Positions 21,000-33,670 of a stretch of 33,670 nt of DNA are shown here, one piece after another. Made by a program: the position numbers and the translations under genes. Within the stretch, counting starts at the first letter, position 1; each line of letters begins with the position of its first letter. The notes beneath the pieces are model-generated. The model searched no databases. It was given only the letters and a program-made list of their open reading frames with translations, and was not told the origin of the DNA. This DNA comes from Paraglomus brasilianum. Lineage: Eukaryota. The stretch spans positions 1-33,670 of the forward strand of contig CAJVPI010000355.1 of NCBI GenBank assembly GCA_910592345.1. The letters run 5' to 3'.

Positions 21000-22450
21000 T
21001 CGTGTATACACGATAGCCTTGACACATTAAAATAATAAGCAAAGGATTTATCGCAATAATAGTAGCCGCATGTGAACCAAATCTACCAAATTAGCATCTT
21101 AATCATAAGGCCGATAACGTTCTAACCAAAAACTTTAAAATTGATATTCGCAAATAAAAATTAATAACCGATATCATTTTGCTTTTTATCTGTCATTAAA
21201 GCTTGATAACCAATGCACCAATAGCGAGGTATCAGCATTTGTTTGCGAGTAGTGGAGCATGCAATAAATATCACATAACTGAAATAATCACATCACTGAA
21301 ATAGATCACATTCTCAAGCGCTTTGTCTATCATAAACATTTCTATTACAGGTTAGTCGCAGACGCAAAAATAAACAGAAAGAAAGCTTTGGTACAAATAA
21401 TATTATTAAGCGCGGAGATTATTTGCAGATATTTCTAAAACAAAAAATTACGAGAATATGGCTCTCAAAGAAGCAACTTTTCCGAAGCTAGTAAAAAAAC
21501 TATATATTGAAAGAAGTTTTAATTATTAATTATGACAAAAAGCTTAACAAGAGACTAATACTATGTACAAAGAAGTTTTATTAAAAATAAGCTTATTGAT
21601 TGAACAATAAAAACATATTTTTGACACCTAAAATTACAAGCGTGTTAATACTAGCTCTAAATGAAGGGAAACTAACAGTAGGACTTATTACCAACATGCG
21701 TTGTTGATTACAAAACAAGTAGAAAAGATATTATTATTAGCATTAAATTATGAAAGCATTAACCTTGAACTTATTAATATTAAGACGGACAAAAGTAATG
21801 CTCGTAGCAACAAGGTTCTTCTTGTTGATAGTATCTCTGTTATTCTATACAGAAATAAAAATCTGTTCACACTCAAACTGTACACTTTTAATTATAACTG
21901 TATAACAAACCATGTTTTTTTGAAGCAAGTGCTTCCCGTGCAAAAAGAACAAGATTGGATATTTTGGTCTATTTAGATGTTGAATTTTTTAAACAAATGT
22001 TAAATTTCGCCGATTGTGTCCAGTCAGATTAAAACATGATTTATTATTATTCACAAAAGCAAAAACTATGCTGAAAGAAAATGTCCAGTGTCGGAGATTA
22101 GTGAGCGAATCGTTCGCTATAACCTCAACAGTAATATAAGTTGTTTTTCTTACGCAAGATTTCTGTTTACGCACAAGTGAAAAGTAACTAACTGCCTCTA
22201 GCATGTAATTACGGGATAAAGTGGTCTACCTTGATAAACAATGATGGTTGTATGGACAGAAAATTGTTTGTTCGATGATAAACTTTTTTAAGCTCAGTGA
22301 TAAACAATAAGAAAAGTCAAAAATATACATATTAACAGAAAATTTAAATCATTGTTTATGACCCACATTGTCTGTACGACTATTAGCTTGCTTGGTTATC
22401 GCTCGTATTTCAACAAAATATTGTAGTCTCCGCAAAGTTTAAGATGTCTT
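21000..22450 (+). mobile_element. Heavily decayed PIF1-family helicase (Helitron-like element remnant)
   Basis: Colinear eroded motifs: FGTNNIIKRGDYLQI (~21387; cf. FGG..II..GDF.QLPPV), *LPLACNYGI...STL (~22190; cf. Q.PL..A.AIT.HKSQG.TL) and LSVRLLACLVIAR (~22368; cf. YV.LSRV..L..L.I). Many stops; boundaries approximate. Confidence 0.45.
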
Positions 22451-23341
22451 GGAAGCTCTTCTTCAAGAAATGCTTTTCCACGGCTCCGGCTTGACTGTTT
22501 TTAAATAGAGAGGGGGGATTAATTAATAGTTTTTCAAGTTCAATCAGTAATGATAATAATGGTATGAAAAAATTGTTTGAGAAAGCCAGGCTAAATATTA
22601 CTGTACATGTTAGCAAGAATGCTTTTTTTGTGTTATTATATTCCAATTTATAAATATTGACAAAATTGAAACGTTTTGCTAATACAGACAATGAGACTAC
22701 TTATACAGGAATAATTCTGTCTTTTACACATAAGTCTGTCATATTAATTTCGTGGTTTTTTTCCCTACCACACATTATGTAGTACTTTTGTAAAGTACAA
22801 GATTTGCTCTACGCTTTTTTATTTTTATTAGTTGTTTGATAGTGCTGTGAAAACTGTCAGCAAAACGCGTATGTCTATTACAAAAGCTGGCAGACACAGT
22901 ATATAGACCTCATGTTCGAGCTATAAAAACTAAGTCTAGATTCTAACGTACAGTACATCCAGCGTTGATACAATACGTTGATGAAAAGACCAGAGGCATA
23001 GCTTTTGGCGTGCTAGGGTCACGCTGTTGCAAATTTTTAGTGAGTTCATTGTTTTTTTTGCGCAATTTGCGTAAATTTATAGAAACAGTGCGGGTAATAT
23101 TCTTGATGATAAATTATAGTTGATAATAGATTAAAAAGACAATGTTTGAGAACAAGCTTAACACGTGTGGACAATTTGTCAATAATGCTTCTAAATACCT
23201 TTGCTAATACAAAATATAAAACACTTATATATTCATAAAATTTATAGCAATTAATACTATAAATAATCTCTCAAAGATATTGTACCCCAAGTGAAGTTGG
23301 TTTTAAAAATTTCACTAAATGCTAGTTTAGCACCAATGTCT

Positions 23342-23507
23342 TGTATCGAAGCTCGTTATAATAAAAGTTGGGCACAACCCATGAGCTCCGTTGTAGCACG
23401 AGTTCTATAATAACATGTATGAATTCCTTAATGATGACAAAAAAAAGTTTTTTTTTACAATGCGATTTCATTTTAACATAGTTCTATTATACCGAGCTTT
23501 CACTGTA
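23342..23507. mobile_element. ~165-bp MITE with Tc1/pogo-type terminal inverted repeats
   Basis: Left arm AAGCTCGTTATAATAAAAGT versus right-arm reverse complement (TACAGTGA)AAGCTCGGTATAATAGAACT. The right end has the TA-CAGT terminus; the left end is eroded. Confidence 0.6.
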
Positions 23508-24174
23508 TTGCACAAACTCGATTATCGACTTGTCCAAAATGCAAGGCCAACACCTTTAGCGTTCAATCGTAGGTGTAGACAATGAAAGAACGCAAAACTC
23601 AAAAATGCAAGGCCAAAACATTTTCTGATTTGGGTGCTCTCCCATAACACAATACCCATCATATTTCAATAACTTGTATTAATGTAATTTGTTAACTCTG
23701 TTAACGTCAATGTTTCACGCTAGCTAATTTAACTTAGTCAAGTTGTCTTGGTTGTAAGAAAGATGGCACGCAAAAATCTTGCTGAGAGAATTCGAGAGAA
23801 ATCGCGTAGAAGTTTTCGTAATGCAGTTATGGCTGATAGAAATAAACCATTAAAGACACAAATTTAGCAAGACCAAAACGCAACGTTTGATAGCGACATT
23901 TAAGCTTGATTACTAAAAAGGTGCATCACTGTAATCGAGATGGATATTATTCTTCTCCACTTTTTAGGGTGAATTCGCGATGTTTGTTGTGACAACCAAT
24001 AAATTTTTGACCCCCCAAATATTTCTTTGTGGCGCTATAATCATTTTGGCTGCGATTCGTTGCAACATATAATGCTTGCCCCAGATAACTCAGGAGAATA
24101 CTAGAAGTCAAGAAAAAAGACCCGTTTGCTCCAAATCCATCTCACGTAACGCATTCTGCCACGATTACTTACAC

Positions 24175-26722
24175 ATGATGAACACGGAAATGGAAAATGA
24201 GGATTCCCTCTACCCTATTGCCGTACTTTTGGACGAGTTGAGAGCTGAAGATGTAAACTATCGTTTGAACGCAATAAGACGCCTTTCCACCATAGCATTG
24301 GCTTTGGGTGTGGAGAGGACCCGCGACGAATTAGTACCGTTCCTTGAGGGTAAAGTGACTTTTAAAACTCAAAACAATAAATGAAGAAAAAGAACCCTTT
24401 GATCTACCTTTCCACTCTGAACCGTTACACTACTTTTATGCGAATAAACCTACTTAGCGAAAATCCTACCTCTTCTTTTTATCACAGAATCTATCGACGA
24501 TGAAGATGAAGTTCTATTGGCATTGGCTGATGAATTGGGCAATTTTGTCGAATACGCAGGCGGTAAAGAGTACGCACATCTCATATTAGGTCCTCTGGAG
24601 AATCTTGCGGCCGTCGAGGAGACACTTGTCAGAGACAAGGTAACTAGTACGCATATATCGACAACGCGTTTTCTTTTATCATTCATCGCTTATTCGTTCT
24701 ATTCTTTTATAGGCTGTAGAATCAATCAATAAAATCGCGAGCGTTTTAATCTCAGCAGCAGATAGAAACTTACTACATTCCTCTGGTCAAAAGGTTAAGC
24801 GAAGGCGAATGGTTTACCAACCGCACTAGTGCCTGTGGTTTATACGCTACTGCATATAAAAACGCTACTGTTGCTACGCAAATCGAATTGCGAACTGCAT
24901 TCAAAAGATTCTGTTCAGACGATACGCCAATGGTTCGACGAGCCGCTGCTAAGAATTTGGCGGTTAGTATCATGAGAGTTTAATTGGTTTGTATGCTATA
25001 TTCTTTATCACATGGACTCATCATCTATTGCTTTACAATGTCACAAGGCAATGGCTAAAGAAATTTCCAAAGAGCATATCATCAGCGATATTATCCCAAC
25101 ATTTATAAAACTCTCCCAAGACGAGCAAGATTCCGTGCGAGTGCTGACTGTCGAAGACTTGATTTCTATCGCAGAAACGCTGTCGTTGGATGAGATAAAA
25201 ACCTATCTTCTTACACCTCTTAGAAGTATGGTTTCCGATAAGAGTTGGAGAGTGAGATATATGATTGCCGAAAATTTTGTGAGGGTACGTTTAGAGAATA
25301 GATATTGCCATCAGTCAGATGATTTTTCTGTATTGGCTCATGTTAATTCTCCCATAGATAACGAAAGCAGTTGGAGAAGAAATCATCCGTGATGAACTAG
25401 TACTGGCGTTTGTTCGGTTGATGAAAGATAACGAAGCTGAAGTCAAAACTGCCGCGTCCAGTCAAGTGCCAGGTACAAAATAAGGAAGGATAATTAAAAG
25501 TTGGAGATGATTTCAGACATAATAGCTAATGCTTCAAACACAAATCTAGGATTTGCTCAATATATCGACAAGCAAACGATTTTGATACATATTATGCCAT
25601 GCGTCAAGGAATTGGTCACAGATACATCGCAGCATGTGCGTGCGAGCTTAGCAACACAGATCAGTGGTTTGGCACCGATTTTGGGTAAAGAAGCGTATGT
25701 ATGAACCATACGAAATATTATTCTTACAACCAAGTTTTATAATTATGGAGAAATTTCAACAATGTGATATTTTCCCTCATTTCCAGCACTACCGAACATT
25801 TGTTACCACTGTTCTTGCAATTGCTCAAAGATGAATCACCCGACGTGAGACTCAACATTATATCCAAATTGGAGCAAGTGAATGAAGGTAATTATTTATT
25901 TGTTTGTTTTTTTATTCTTCCTCCATTGTGACACGTATTAAGAACTTATTTTTATGCTGAATTTCGCTAGTTATTGGGATTGAACTGTTGTCACAGAGTC
26001 TTCTACCTGCTATCGTTGAACTGGCCGAGGACAAACAGTGGCGCGTTCGCCTCGCCATCATTGACTACATTCCTCTACTCGCTAGCCAATTGGGTGTTTC
26101 GTTCTTTGATGAAAAGTTGGGCAGTCTCTGCATGTCCTGGCTGCGTGATCACGTTTATTCAATCCGCGAAGCCGCCACCATGAATTTGAAAAAGTTGACT
26201 GAGGTATTCGGTGTTGATTGGGCCAAGAATACCATTATACCTAAAGTGTTGTCTATGGGAAGTCATCCTAATTACTTGTATAGGATGACAACTATCTTTG
26301 CTATTACGGTATGAGATTCATGTCTTTCTACGCCAAATGACTGACAACATGCTGAGTTTCTTCTTGCTTTGCAAATTGAATAGACTATGGCGCCAGCAGT
26401 AACCCCAGAAGTAATCAGAGACTACATCCTTCCCACAGTCAATAACCTTGTGACGGATCCAATTCCGAACATTCGTTTCAATGTTGCGAAATCTTATGAA
26501 GTGCTAATACCGGTTCTTAAACAAAGTCAAGAAACAGGAATTCTGCTGGATACACAAGTAAAACCTGCGTTGGATAAACTAAAAGAAGATATGGACGCCG
26601 ATGTCAAATACTTTGCTGAACGAGCGTTCCTTGCAGGTACGGTATTGTCACTGCTAAGTTTTCTAACATGAAACTGTTTTACTAATTACATGTTCTTCCA
26701 ATCTTGACTTTTAGTTCAATAG
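24175..26722 (+). CDS. TPD3: Protein phosphatase 2A scaffold (A/PR65) subunit, 10 exons; apparent +1 frameshift at ~24748
   Basis: [119 protein letters not shown] repeats throughout. Confidence 0.97.
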
Positions 26723-26842
26723 AGTCTGAGCGTTCTTTATTAGACACTTATGGTAAACGCTGACGGTGATGTTGTTCAGTTCAATAGATGATTCGAGTTC
26801 TTTATTAGGGTCGTACCTACGGTGAATGCTAACGGTGCTGCT
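26713..26842 (+). repeat. Diverged ~65-bp tandem duplication covering the PP2A-A terminal micro-exon
   Basis: AGTTCAATAGA..GTTCTTTATTAG..ACTTATGGTAAACGCTGACGGTGATG is repeated as AGTTCAATAGA..GTTCTTTATTAG..ACCTACGGTGAATGCTAACGGTGCTG. Confidence 0.8.
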
Positions 26843-27282
26843 AAAACTAATAAAGCATACGTAATGCACGTTAGGCATTATACATATCTTACGTAATTAA
26901 ATTAATAATAAATAAATATAAAGATACATAAAATCTTGGTCAAGTTTATATTAAATCTTTAGCTATAACCAAGTATGGTAGGGAGTGGTGATCTCATCTA
27001 CCAAGAGGCTCATCATAATGCACCTTTGAATGACAGCTCTGAAGGCGTTCTATATTTCTGTGAGATCTAGCGCAGATGCCCACCCTCTGAACTCTTACAC
27101 CAAGATTTTAGGCAAAAGTGTATGTGTTTGCTCTCCAACTGGCTGCTTTTGCAAATTAATCCGGCTGCACAAGTTATTTATTTTGTAAATTAGCGGTTAA
27201 TTAAGTATTAACTCGGTATTGTCTGTGCATGATTCTAAACTAATCGAATTTACTCTAATTTTAATTTTTTCATTAAGGGGAC

Positions 27283-30200
27283 TTAATGCCAAATAGTTCG
27301 TGACAGATTCTTAGCCAATGCTAACCTCACCACAGTAAGATTATCATCGATTTCATCGTACCCTCTATCTCCTTTATACCATCTTTTGACCTTTTCGATG
27401 CAAGCTAGAAATTCTTCTCTGTGATGAGAAGTCACTTCTTGTAAAATACGAAGAACTTCCGAGTTTTCTTCTACATTAAGTACGACTTCTTCACCCTGGT
27501 TCTCTCCTAAAATATTCATTATCAGCTTAAGATTCTTATAAACAGACATTTTTAGAATAAAATGTTACCTTGTCGTAATAAGGGCAGTGAATTGATTAAC
27601 AATATTGGCCAGAATCTTCGTGGTGCGATATGCGATTTCAACATGTCTACTAAGGCCTGCCCAGCTGGTCTGTATTGTCGTGTCTGCAAAAGTCATTTTT
27701 ATGTCATTGAGTCATAACAAAGCAAGAATATGGTGGAGAGATGAATCTTTTCAACTGACCTTTAGTAGTTCATGGAAGTTTCTGTACTGAACCAGGAAGT
27801 TGATAGATTCGTCTGGCTTTTCACATAACGAGACGCTATCAATAACGTTTATGTATGTCAACTCTCCTGAAAGTACAAAAGTAGTATGAATCTTTTCCAT
27901 TAGCTTGAACATGTGTCTTTATGGTTTGCATGACTATACCTGTCTCTATGTACTCATCCAGGAAGTTATGAGCAATTTTAGTTAATCGAGGTGTATCGCC
28001 TGCTTTGGTATAATATAATATTGCCGATGCGTATCGTTTTTTCTTCCATATGCTTGCTTGCTACGCGCTTAAAATATCATCGGACTTAGCAACGAATAGT
28101 AATAAAAGCTCTTCGTTAACTGCCTGATGCATTTAATCCTTCTGTCCGATTGAATAATACCTTGCAAATGATCCTTGCTTCCTCGTGTAGTTCATTGACT
28201 TTGCAGATGTTCAAGATTTTTTGTGTTTTCCATTCTGAATCTGTGGGCATTCTGGCTATAAGCTAACATGACGCAAGAAGTTGATTGGTATAAGTAAAAC
28301 ATTTCGCAGATAATATTATGCATATTGCCAACATAATCAAGCGCTGACCTGTTGCATGTATGATCGTCCGAACAGTGGGCAGTGGCGGAAGTACTCAAAA
28401 CCAACTTGCCACAAAGACGTGCTGGTTACTAGCAGCTCTGCATAACTTAATAAATAGTACTCACGGAGACTGCATTGAGGTCTGTGATCCTGTCAGGAAT
28501 AATAATAACACGCTTTGAATATATATCTTCAATGGTTATGAATAGAACATAAAGGATACTGAGTATTATTTATAGATAGAAAACCGCCGTTTATTGTGGG
28601 TGCGTCCACAAATTTCAGCTTTTGAAACATATCCGCCAAATGTGCCGCCAACCATATATCAATATTTTCGCATATTCTTAGACCCTATCAGTGACGGAAG
28701 AAAATGAGTATTTGTTCCACAAAATAAAAATTTAATTTTTTAGAAATTCGGATCATATTACTTCTTCTATCTCCACTCGTAGGAAAGCCTTCAGCGCCAA
28801 TTCGACGTAATTATCTTCCTGTAGAGGGAAATTTGGCAGGACAGCCTCTAAGAGTTCTCTAAGTAATTATAAAAACAGATTAACGCAAGTGATTCATTGT
28901 TTGTACCGCCCATCTACTGTTTGATTATAATTCCTACCGTATGTCAGCATGAGAAACATTCGGATGCCCATGAGCGATCCAAGCGGTCAATGCTTCTTGC
29001 CATGAATAGCAGTGTTGAAAGACAGTTTGCATATCTGCACACAATATGTTAACAATGGTAATTATAGAGTCTTGCGTATTTTCATCTGACAATTCCAAAC
29101 TATTGGCAAACTCTCTTCAACAAATAATGATATCCAGTAAGTAACATTGACAGTTAATCAGAGAAATCAAAACATAGATGCCCACCTGCACGTGTTTTGC
29201 CACTGCCCAAGTCTGTAATCAAACTCTCTTCCGTAATATTGCTCGATACGAGGTTTAGTATTTAGATATCCGTAGAGCTGCTCGACTGCTTGCCTCTCTG
29301 CACTAATTTCAGAACTTCGAATCACGCTTTCAAGTACTTTATTTACTAAAGAATTACTTCTTACTATTAACCTGAATTCAGTAGACAATAACGATATTAA
29401 TATTTTGTTAATATTCTGTCAGCGCCTTCCTTTATCTCTTACTTTTGGACACAAGCCCACAACTGTGGTTCTTCCAATGGCCGTGGAGATTCTCGTAATC
29501 GTGTTATATCCATTTTTGAAAACTCTATTTAAAAAAAAAATTATATTTTTTTTTCATGAGTTCGCCTGTAATCATACATTGTCAAACAATAATGAGCTAA
29601 TCATAGCATGCTATTTTACCTTTTATTGGAAAACATTCGTTCACCCACCCAACGAGCGCACTGCCCAGTCTGGCCGATTTACGTTCCGAGCCCATAAATA
29701 GCACCCTACATAATTCCCATACGGTATAGATATCGGTGGTTGCTCGCCTCACCTCTGGAAACTGTAAACATTGCTCAATTAATTCAAAATATTAACAATA
29801 ATGACGTTTGGTAATTCATTTATATTTTACCTTAGAAACACGCGCACAATGGGCTCTAATGATCGACGAGTACTCAGCACTGATTTCATCCATTGCACGT
29901 TCGTGAGCATTGAGAAGAATACTTATAGTAGAATATCAGAACGCGTCGTCAGGTCAATCTTACGGTAAGTAATTGCATAGTGATTGTAATTACACGTAAT
30001 TACCTGTCCCCACCCATTTTTGATCGAAATCGAATGGCGTCGGGAGGCCGCTGTGCAACTGCAAACACGGCATAACCATCATTATAAAGCTAGGCGGCAT
30101 ACATAAAGTTAGATAAATAAATACAAAGTTTACCTCTTCACACGGTTTTGCCTTAATCATACTCACCGACCTCTGCAATTTATTAATATCAGTCAACGCA

Positions 30201-30620
30201 TATTCATAGATCCGTTGATCAAGTGGCCATGTGTCTCCTTCAAACTAGAATTATTTCCTAGTTAATACCATAAGCACTCATGGATCAAGAAACAGCGCAT
30301 GAGATAAAAGGATTTACTTCAAACACCTGCATGTCGGTTGGCTCCTTTGCAGCAATATAAATAGCCAATTTATTATTGCGTAATGGAGCAAATTTAGTTG
30401 ATACTGTTCTACGAGAATCTGGCCATTTGGGTAAAGAGTCTTCTTCCGTCGACGAATCGATAAGATGTATTTCTCTATGGTCGTCTCTCCCGTTAACTGA
30501 CCATGATCTCGAAGTTTCGGCACTCAAGCTAAAATGAGGCCTAGCAGAGTCTATTTGAGAAATACTCTCTGTTGTTGTCCAGACATATTCACCATTCTCT
30601 TGTGAGGAAAAGTTTGACAT
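27283..30620 (-). CDS. NUP85: Nucleoporin Nup85, multi-exon
   Basis: VWELCRVLF...LVGWVN, WQEALTAW, DIWLAAHLADMF, SLWQVGFEYFRHCPLFGRSYM, and C-terminal LTVVRLALAKNLSRTIWH*. These match Nup85 conserved blocks. Confidence 0.88.
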
Positions 30621-30809
30621 ATTCAAATCGCGATAACAAACCACAAAAAAGCAAAAAGTTTCTCTCCAAAACCCAATTGTTATTTTACCTCAAAAGTTGA
30701 CGTCACACGTTACACCTAATTTATGTAACTATAACTGATGATCACGCCAATCACCCATGGGACATTATATTTCCATACTATTTGTTTCCCCCCACCCTGA
30801 AAAGTTCAA

Positions 30810-32179
30810 ATGAACCAAACGAACTTGAGAACCGAAGCCGAGTCAATGGTGAATGCAAATAGCGTTTCTACCAGCGAGAGTGAAGCAGATAAATGTACGC
30901 CACAGTCAGAAGATTTTGAAGAGATCGCAGGCATATCTTCGCAAAGTCGTGTTTCAGATAGTTATTCTTTGGGAAAAGGAGAATTAAGACGTCGCAATAC
31001 AACAACAGTTGCAACAAGAAGAACAAGTACTAGTATTGATACTGGCACTCCTGCTGGCCCGTCCTCAGCTTCGAAGGATCAGCAGAATACACTGGCAGAA
31101 AAGGGCAGTTCAAGCACAACAGAGAGCGGTACGCATGGTAATAGCTCAGAGTACGAATGCAATATATGGTAAGATTTTAAACTCTCAACTGTATTCGAGT
31201 GAGGCTTTAAGAATTTGTACTGCTCGGAATATGTCCGTATTTATCATGCTAAACTCGTTGCTTTTTTTTTTTTTTTTTTTTAGTTTTGACACGGCGTCTT
31301 CACCCGTTTTGACATTATGTGGCCATTTGTTCTGGTATTTAATTATAAGCTCAATGGAGTGTTACTTTGCAATTTTGAATATAAGTAACTAATCATCTTA
31401 TTATTTACAGCTGGCCTTGCTTGCATCAGGTAGAGTATTTAATATATACCTTTTCCAAGTCAGAACTCTGTAAATTTTGATATTAAAGACGTTTTTATCT
31501 GCAGTGGTTAGAGCAACAGTCACAGAATCCTTTGTGTCCAATATGTAAAGCTGGATGCGGTAAAGATAAGGTTATTCCTATATATGGAAGAGGGAAAGAA
31601 GCCAAAGACCCAAGGTAATGTTGAAAAGTCCACATTGATGTTTCGCTCACGAAGACATTAGATGAATATTAGTCATTGAATTGGTTTATCGCTTAATTTC
31701 CTTCAGGTTAAACTCGACTATTCCCAATCGACCGGCTGGCCAGAGACCTGAACCACAAAGAGATCCCAATCAACCGGGAATTCCATTCTTCTCAGGAACA
31801 ACATTTCATTCTGCAACATTTGGACATCATTTCTCATTTTCTGCCACTTTCAGTATATTTCCTACATTATTGGGGGCTCAGTTTGTAAGTAGTATACTAG
31901 TTGTTATTCAAATACAAGCATGTGAATGTGTATTATAATTTGACTGTCGCCCAGAGTATTCATATTGTAATGTGAATGCATCGTACGATGATTAACCGCC
32001 GTGAATATGTTGTACAATTACTAATTCACATTCTCACATCTCTCCGTCTACAGTCATTTCCTTCACAACATACAGTCAATGTAGTTGGAAATGCACCTCC
32101 ATCTCCTCAGCAGGCTTTCTTGTCTAGAATTTTGTTAATGTTTGGAGTTCTAATGATTGTTGTCTTTTTACTTCATTGA
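30810..32179 (+). CDS. RNF5/RNF185 (RMA1-like) C3HC4 RING E3 ligase, ER tail-anchored, 6 exons
   Basis: YECNIC|FDTASSPVLTLCGHLFC|WPCLHQ|WLEQQSQNPLCPICKAGCGKDKVIPIYGRG...PNRPAGQRPEP and C-terminal TM FLSRILLMFGVLMIVVFLLH*. Includes a 19-nt micro-exon at 31411-31429. Confidence 0.93.
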
Positions 32180-32489
32180 TGTTTAATTCTGATATATAAA
32201 TATTATACTTTAGCAAGCGATGTTGCTTAATAAGTTTTTGTAAGTTGAAAGGACAAAGTGGTATTACTTCAGTTTACTTACTATAATAATAATTGCGTTG
32301 AATCATATTTGGAAGATTCTTCGTGTGGAATTGTAAATATAGATGTAATTTGCATTCTGTGTCATAGGAAAGGATTGCCCATGACGCAACCTTACATTAA
32401 TAATGTATCGATCACTGAGAGACGCCTAAGCGGACTCTGCACATAATGTTAAGGATTAAAAAAAAAAAACTTAATAAATATCATACACA

Positions 32490-33400
32490 GGTAATCGTGA
32501 TCAATAACGAATATCTCCTTTATCGTTGTTACAGTGAATTGCCGATACCAATGTTTTGTCAGGAAGTGCGCTTTCAAGAACGTCCCCGAGCATCTCAAAT
32601 ATAACATGGCAGACATTTAATCGAATAATAAACGGTGTGTATTGATAATTTCTGCTATATATTTGTCCCATGATCAACGGATTTTATAATACGCAATACA
32701 TTGGTGTCTGTATATTCAAAGTTGGAGAGTTTAAGATTTTGCAGCTCGCGATTAAAGCATGAATAATTTTCAAGCATTTGGTGAAACCTCCATATTTATA
32801 ACTTCTCATGTATGTTTTATTTTCAAACACTTTGGTTATATCATATTAATATGTATCTTTATCTTGGCTATTTATGCTTTGTGACAAATTCCTATTTAGA
32901 ATTCAGGAAACAACGCGATCTAAAATAATAAGACAAATGCCATCGTACTTTACAGCCTCTACATTTTATTGTTTTTTGTTTGTTTTTTTTTTTAATTACC
33001 TTCAAAAACGATAAATGGAGCAAGAAAAGCTAAACAGTCCTCGGTTTTTTCGCGCACCTGCCTACCAAGTTATGCCTCCAATCTCGTTGCTAGCTTAAAA
33101 GAAATCTTGAACCCGACTCTTTCCGAAAAAAAAAAGTGAAATGCTATCGAAAAGGACCTTTTTTTTTATTACATTCGTTGTCAACTCAGCATTGGAGATA
33201 AGAAACGCTTATTCGACTACTGAAGTTGCTGTTAATATTATACAGCGTCTAGCTGCAACGGAAGAAATAATAATACTACTATATTTTGCCGAGTAATGAG
33301 TGTCGATGCTTAGTGATGAGGCCACCGACTTGGCCAACTTTATTATACTATTTAAGTATATCTTTACAATTCTATATCTAAGATCAGACATTATCGTAAC
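32490..33400 (-). pseudogene. Possible decayed gene remnant
   Basis: Stop-interrupted, protein-like minus-strand stretches (FNRELQNLKLSNFEYTDTNVLRIIKS...; FEMLGDVLESALPDKTLVSAIHC). Family not recognised. Confidence 0.25.
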
Positions 33401-33670
33401 TAATTATTTCTTTCAGAAAATAATTTCTTTCTTGCTAGACAAATGATTTTACTGTTGCTAGACGAATGATTTTGCGTTGACTATTTTCTTTCATGATTCG
33501 TGTTTCGTAGTACTCTTGTTCGCAGACTTACATTGGGATCGTGTCTCGAATATACCTTAGGCAACAGATGTATTCTCCATCGGCCTTTCTATGCTATCCG
33601 TAATAATTATAAAATATATAACAATTAAATAAGAATACAACACTTCAGATTTAACCGCTACTCTTAATGG

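Noticed and set aside
26990..27170. Possible extra NUP85 exon or separate small gene
   Set aside because: NUP85 already ends with its conserved C-terminus at 27283, and there is no supportable ORF here.

Overview
AT-rich, intron-dense fungal nuclear DNA. An intact cobalamin adenosyltransferase gene points to a non-Dikarya fungus; compact-genome Mucoromycota/Glomeromycotina is my inference. By hand-splicing GT-AG introns I can reconstruct about 12 genes: C9orf85/DUF2039, FMC1, NAC-alpha (EGD2), MMAB, SFT2-like, CHY zinc finger, RRP15, a large unidentified helical protein, a small protein carrying only an XMAP215/ch-TOG C-terminal-like domain, PP2A scaffold A, NUP85 and an RNF5/RNF185-type RING ligase. 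The stand-out is an intron-less ~3 kb island (about 8.4-11.35 kb) that looks like a mosaic of foreign DNA. It holds a decaying, operon-like gene pair that reads best with UGA=Trp (signal peptide plus C-terminal membrane anchor; Mollicutes-endobacterium-like), two mitochondrial linear-plasmid DNA polymerase B (dpo) fragments in opposite orientations, a GC-rich structured-RNA-like segment, a small Cas2/VapD-like ORF and a Tc1 remnant. A long intergenic stretch (19.6-24 kb) contains a decayed PIF1-helicase element and a MITE. All family assignments come from recognising motifs by eye; no searches were run, and exon boundaries are manual.
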